NCBI GenBank assembly: GCA_963663475.2
Contig: CAXXJV010000001.1
Coordinates: 2,016,001 to 2,080,000 of the forward strand
Length of the DNA stretch: 64,000 nt
Direction of reading: 5' to 3'
From: Candidatus Cloacimonadales bacterium
GTDB taxonomy: Bacteria; Cloacimonadota; Cloacimonadia; Cloacimonadales; JAFGVF01
Part shown: positions 59,591 through 64,000 of the stretch, piece by piece
Numbering within the stretch: the first letter of the stretch is position 1
Layout of the letters: the number at the start of each line of letters is the position of its first letter
Program-made: the position numbers and the translations under genes
Notes under the pieces: model-generated
Told to the model about the DNA's origin: nothing
Database searches by the model: none
Seen by the model: the letters and a program-made list of their open reading frames with translations, nothing else

Positions 59591-61225
59591 ATGAAACGTT
59601 TTTTAATTTTGATAGTTACTTTATTATCTGTAGGGCAGGTCTGTGGGCAGATTTTAACTCTATCTCAGAATGAAGTAAGCTTTGGGCAAGTAAACATTGA
59701 TACAGAAAGCTTTGTAGATATTGATGTTACTAATATCTCAGAAGAAACTGTTACTATAAATGTAGTGGAAAATAGTCAGGTCATTGATGTAGATCAAGTT
59801 AATTTTACTCTATCTCCTCAAGAAGTTACTAGTATTCACTTATCTGTTATTCCTGAAACAAATATAGTTTATGACCATACAGTATTTTTTAATATTGCTG
59901 AAAAAGAATATTCTCTACCTTTAAAAATTAATGTAGGTGGAAGATTCCCAGACTCAAGATACAATTCAACTTATAATAAATGGGATTCAGAATTAAAATC
60001 TGCTCTAGAATCTATTATTGATAATCATTATTCAATAAGTTATGAAGATGCAAGAGTTGAATTATTTGGCTATATTGCTAATGAATCTGGACAAGTTCGT
60101 TGTGTATATACTAATGAATGGTATGCCTGTTCTCCAGGTAACACTCCTAATTGGAATGTAATTAATACAGAACATACTTGGCCTCAATCAATGGGAGCTG
60201 AAGGTACAGCAAAGTCTGATTTACACCATTTATTCCCAACCAATTCCCAAGCAAATTCTATTCGAGGTAACTATCCATTTGGTATTGTAGAGAATGTAAG
60301 TTGGCAAGAAGGCGGTTCTAAAAAAGGATCAAATCTGGGAGGAGCAACTGTCTTTGAACCTAGGGATGACCATAAGGGAGATACTGCTAGAGCCATGTTC
60401 TATTTTGCCTTAAGATACAATAACCCAAATAACTTTTTGAACTCTGCTAATCAACAGATGGTATTAAGAGATTGGTATTATGAAGATCCTGTTAGTGATT
60501 ATGAAATTGACCGTAATGATGAAATCGTTGATATTCAAAATAAGCCTAACCCCTTTATTGAATACCCAATGTTACTTGATAGAATTGCTAACATAACTCA
60601 CAATGTCTCAACTCCAAGATTTCCTCAATTATATCTTCCTTATAATGAGTATCACTTTGCTCAAACTGGCTTAAATGAAACTTCAACCTTAGCAATACCT
60701 ATTACAAATACAGGAGATACAGATCTTACTATATCTTCTGTAACTACTACAAATTCAGCTTATGAAGTTATTGATTATCCTAGTAATTTAGCCATAGGAG
60801 ATTGGGCTCTAATACAAGTAAACTTTACTCCCACAGAAGAAAACACATATTCAGGTGATCTACAAATTTATAGTAATGCAGATTTCCAAAGTGTAAGCAT
60901 GATAGGCAATGGGTCAGCTACTCCAAATAGTAATGATGCTATAGAATTTAGCAATTTAATTGCAAGTAATTATCCGAATCCCTTTAATAATTCAACAAGT
61001 TTGAAGATTCATGGAATTAAAGAAAGAAAGGTTCAAATTGATATCTATAATATTAAAGGACAAAGAGTTAAAACTATTGATAATCTAAATGTTAAAGGTG
61101 GAAAGGCAGAAGTTTCTTGGGATGGTAAAGATGATAAAGGTGCGAAAGTCGCATCAGGTTTATACTTTGCAAAAATTAATTCAGGCAAGCAAAGTATTAC
61201 TCAAAAAATGTTAATAATGAAATAA
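59591..61225 (+). CDS. Secreted endonuclease I family nuclease with Ig-like domains and C-terminal sorting domain
   Basis: NTEHTWPQS, SDLHHLFP, RGNYPFG, FEPRDDHKGDTARAMFYFALRY, NPFIEYP, NYPNPFN. Confidence 0.9.
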   Translation: MKRFLILIVTLLSVGQVCGQILTLSQNEVSFGQVNIDTESFVDIDVTNISEETVTINVVENSQVIDVDQVNFTLSPQEVTSIHLSVIPETNIVYDHTVFFNIAEKEYSLPLKINVGGRFPDSRYNSTYNKWDSELKSALESIIDNHYSISYEDARVELFGYIANESGQVRCVYTNEWYACSPGNTPNWNVINTEHTWPQSMGAEGTAKSDLHHLFPTNSQANSIRGNYPFGIVENVSWQEGGSKKGSNLGGATVFEPRDDHKGDTARAMFYFALRYNNPNNFLNSANQQMVLRDWYYEDPVSDYEIDRNDEIVDIQNKPNPFIEYPMLLDRIANITHNVSTPRFPQLYLPYNEYHFAQTGLNETSTLAIPITNTGDTDLTISSVTTTNSAYEVIDYPSNLAIGDWALIQVNFTPTEENTYSGDLQIYSNADFQSVSMIGNGSATPNSNDAIEFSNLIASNYPNPFNNSTSLKIHGIKERKVQIDIYNIKGQRVKTIDNLNVKGGKAEVSWDGKDDKGAKVASGLYFAKINSGKQSITQKMLIMK

Positions 61226-61250
61226 TAAAAATATTTGAGAGGCTATAATA

Positions 61251-62528
61251 ATGACAAACCACAAAGAATTAGCTGTTGATTTAAAAGGATTTCTTGATAA
61301 AAGCCCTACTGCTTTTCAAGCTACAGACCTTATTGTAAAAGACTTGCTAGATAATGGATTTTCTAAACTTTCTGAAGGTGATAAATGGGATTTACAAGCT
61401 GGAGGAAAATATTTTGTTGTGAGAAATGATTCAGCTGTAATAGCTTTCATAAATGGTAAGGAAAAACCTGGAGAAAGTGGCTTTAAGATATCTGGGGCAC
61501 ATACTGATAGTCCAGCACTAAAAGTAAAAGTTGCTTCTGAAACAAAAGTTAAAAACTATCATAAAGTTTTTGTAGAAGTATATGGTGGACCTATCATCAA
61601 TACTTGGTTCGACAGAGAATTGTCTCTTGCAGGTAGAGTAAGCTATTTAGAAAATAATCAAGTTAAATCTACTAATATTTATCTTGATCGTCCAATTGGT
61701 ATTATTCCTAATTTGGCTATCCATTTAAATAGAGGAGTTAATAAAGGACTTGAAATAAATAAGCAAACTGAACTACCAGTACTTTTAGGTACTTCAGACC
61801 AAGATTCATTCTTAGACGATTTAATTGCAAAAGAATGTAAGATCGATAAAGTAAATATCTTAGACTATGACTTATTTTTCATTCCTTTTGAAAAAGCCTT
61901 AATTTATGGCATTGATGATCAGTTAATTTCATCAGGAAGACTTGATGATTTAGCTATGTGTCATGCTATTTTGAAGGCACTCTTGGCTACTCAAGATAAT
62001 AAATCAACTATTGTTGCAACCTTCTATGATAATGAAGAAATTGGTTCTCAAACTCTTCAGGGTGCAAATTCTTCCTTCTTAGAAATGATTCTTAATAGGA
62101 TTAACTTTGCCTGGGGTGGAGACCTAGAAGATTATGCGAGAGCTATTGCTAAATCTTTCCAAATCTCAGCAGACCAAGCACATGCTTTACATCCAAACTA
62201 TGTTAGTAAGCATGATAGTAATTATGCTCCTCAACTTAATAAAGGACCTGTTGTAAAATTCTCAGCCAATTACAGATATGCTACTAACTCTGAATCTTCA
62301 TCATACTTTATGAGTATTTGCAAGAAGTTGGATATACCTTGTCAGAAGATGATAAACCGTTCTGATATGCCATCTGGATCTACTATAGGTCCAGTTAGCT
62401 CTGCTACATCTAGTATTAAGACTGTAGATATTGGAAATCCAATGTTTGCTATGCATTCTACAAGAGAAACTATGGGTACTTTAGATCAATATTATATTGT
62501 GGAAGTACTTAAAGAGTTTAATAAATAA
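61251..62528 (+). CDS. M18 family aspartyl aminopeptidase
   Basis: AHTDSP, RLDD, DNEEIGS, SADQAHALHPNY, GSTIGP, MHS.RE. Confidence 0.93.
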   Translation: MTNHKELAVDLKGFLDKSPTAFQATDLIVKDLLDNGFSKLSEGDKWDLQAGGKYFVVRNDSAVIAFINGKEKPGESGFKISGAHTDSPALKVKVASETKVKNYHKVFVEVYGGPIINTWFDRELSLAGRVSYLENNQVKSTNIYLDRPIGIIPNLAIHLNRGVNKGLEINKQTELPVLLGTSDQDSFLDDLIAKECKIDKVNILDYDLFFIPFEKALIYGIDDQLISSGRLDDLAMCHAILKALLATQDNKSTIVATFYDNEEIGSQTLQGANSSFLEMILNRINFAWGGDLEDYARAIAKSFQISADQAHALHPNYVSKHDSNYAPQLNKGPVVKFSANYRYATNSESSSYFMSICKKLDIPCQKMINRSDMPSGSTIGPVSSATSSIKTVDIGNPMFAMHSTRETMGTLDQYYIVEVLKEFNK

Positions 62529-62559
62529 TAAATAGAATAATCTATTAGAAATTGCTAAT

Positions 62560-62595
62560 ATCCTCTTCTGTCTCGTGGGGTAGAAGAGGATTTTT
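62560..62595 (+). terminator. Intrinsic terminator
   Basis: ATCCTCTTCT...AGAAGAGGAT followed by TTTT. Confidence 0.75.
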
Positions 62596-62600
62596 CTATT

Positions 62601-62809
62601 AACCCAGATAGTGGTCTTCACCAAAGTTCTATTGCATTTGGGATTAACCCAATAATGCAGTAGATCTTTGTGAATAGCACTATATTATTCTGAAAAAGTA
62701 ACTTCCATAATTTTTCCGAATATATATGTTATATGCGTCAAAATTCTGTAAGCTATTTTGCTAGAATAATCTGCACTCTTCACTAAAGTTCTACTACACA
62801 ATCTGGGTT
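62601..62809 (+). mobile_element. Tandem MITE-like elements: short remnant 62601-62644 and longest copy 62646-62809
   Basis: AACCCAATAATGCAGTAGATCTTTG...AAAGTTCTACTACACAATCTGGGTT. The remnant shares TCTTCAC.AAAGTTCTA. Confidence 0.72.
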
Positions 62810-62837
62810 AACTCTACTGGACTATCTGTGATTAAGA

Positions 62838-64000
62838 CTATTTAACTTTGGGAATATCTTTCCAGGAAGTTGTATATTTAGGAGAAAGAAGATTACGTCT
62901 CATTTGCCATTTATTTTTGATTCCAAGGCTACCATAAAAGAGAGTATTTTCACCCATTGTATTGTTGATTTTATCTACAATGTCCATGATATCTTTTTGA
63001 GGTCTATCAAGATAAAGAGGATTAAATATATCATAAGGGACATTTTCTTCTGAGGAAATATCAGTTATCATTACCCCAGCTTTTTTATAGAAGAAACCTT
63101 TGCGATAAATTCTTCTTAATATTTTCAAAGCAGCTTCAATGAAATCAGGTGTATAGGCAGTAGGACTAGTAAACTTAAAAGAAGCATTGTTATTGTATTG
63201 AGGTGTTTCTTTGAACCTATTAGTTGATATAAAGACTGAGATAATAGAGGCAACAGAGTTTTGCTTTCTTAACTTCTTTACTGCAGTAGTTGTGTAAGTA
63301 GCAACTGCTTCTTCCATTTCTTGGAGGGTAGATACTGGTTTCCCAAAAGATTTTGAAGATACGATACCTTTTTTAGGTGCAATAATCATATCTAAGTCTA
63401 TACAGGATTGCCCTCTTAATTCTAAGACAGTTTTATGACCTACAGAAGTGAGATATTTATCAATCCATTCATCATTAGAATTTTTTAAATCATAAGCAGT
63501 AAAAATGTTATTATCTACAAGAAATTTTGAATACTGTCTGCCAATTCCCCAAATATCATCAACAGGTACCCTGACTAGCAATCTATCTATATCTTTTTCT
63601 TCAAGAAGATTAAAAACACCATTATACTGCTTGTTTTTCTTAGCTATATGATTAGCTATTTTGGCTAAAGTTTTGGTCGTGGCGATTCCAATAGATACAG
63701 GAATACCAGTTGTTTGTTGAATTTTTAATCTTAATTCCTGCATATAGGCAGTTAAGTCACGGTTACGAAATGAATAAAGTTGGACAAAAGATTCATCAAT
63801 AGAGTAAACTTCTATGTCTGGACAATATTCAGCAATAGTAGTCATTACTCTATTAGACATATCGGCATAGAGGGTATAATTTGAAGAAAATACTTTAATA
63901 CCATGCTTCTTAAAGAGATGGTCATTTTTAAAAGCTGGAGTACCCATGGGAATACCTAAATCTTTAACTTCTTGGGAACGAGCAATTATACAACCATCAT
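62838..64000 (-). CDS. umuC: Y-family DNA polymerase V subunit, 5' end outside window
   Basis: Frame stays open past 63947 to the window edge (DGCIIARSQEVKDLGIPMGTP); SSNYTLYADMS.R, YSIDE, WGIGR, LSPKYTTSW. Confidence 0.93.
   Translation of the reverse strand, partial: DGCIIARSQEVKDLGIPMGTPAFKNDHLFKKHGIKVFSSNYTLYADMSNRVMTTIAEYCPDIEVYSIDESFVQLYSFRNRDLTAYMQELRLKIQQTTGIPVSIGIATTKTLAKIANHIAKKNKQYNGVFNLLEEKDIDRLLVRVPVDDIWGIGRQYSKFLVDNNIFTAYDLKNSNDEWIDKYLTSVGHKTVLELRGQSCIDLDMIIAPKKGIVSSKSFGKPVSTLQEMEEAVATYTTTAVKKLRKQNSVASIISVFISTNRFKETPQYNNNASFKFTSPTAYTPDFIEAALKILRRIYRKGFFYKKAGVMITDISSEENVPYDIFNPLYLDRPQKDIMDIVDKINNTMGENTLFYGSLGIKNKWQMRRNLLSPKYTTSWKDIPKVK

Noticed and set aside
62641-62813. TAAC...GTTAAC ends of the MITE-like element as integron attC sites
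   Set aside because: No integrase, no cassette array, copies flank housekeeping genes, and most copies lack a proper RYYYAAC/GTTRRRY pair.
62838-64000. umuC as a marker of a prophage or ICE boundary
   Set aside because: No integrase, att site or phage genes are visible in the window; this cannot be judged without the flanking sequence.

Overview
AT-rich bacterial chromosomal segment. The four C-terminal 'NYPNPFN...KMxxxK' sorting domains, LPS-type genes and C25 peptidase suggest an FCB-superphylum diderm, most like Ca. Cloacimonadota (inference). The first 10.4 kb is one minus-strand ORF missing from the ORF track because it runs off the window. It encodes >3475 aa: signal peptide, a peptidase-C10-like domain lacking its catalytic residues, and about 36 FN3-like repeats with a recent ~1 kb internal duplication. 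Next come secreted CTD proteins, a TPR histidine kinase, pepF, seven tRNA genes, a fadL-like gene, a ybeY-tauE cluster with a degenerate HisRS paralogue, an LPS/glycerol-phosphate locus, tatD-tcdA-DUF2851-(TerB/FHA/ABCG)-lipoprotein, glmM, a ppiD-like gene, a secreted endonuclease I, an M18 aminopeptidase and a partial umuC. Intergenic DNA holds two dispersed repeat families: three long palindromes with a covarying stem and NNNGGAC loop, and about seven MITE-like elements or ends with ACCC-terminated inverted repeats, all clear copies in one orientation. No CRISPR array, rRNA or transposase was seen.
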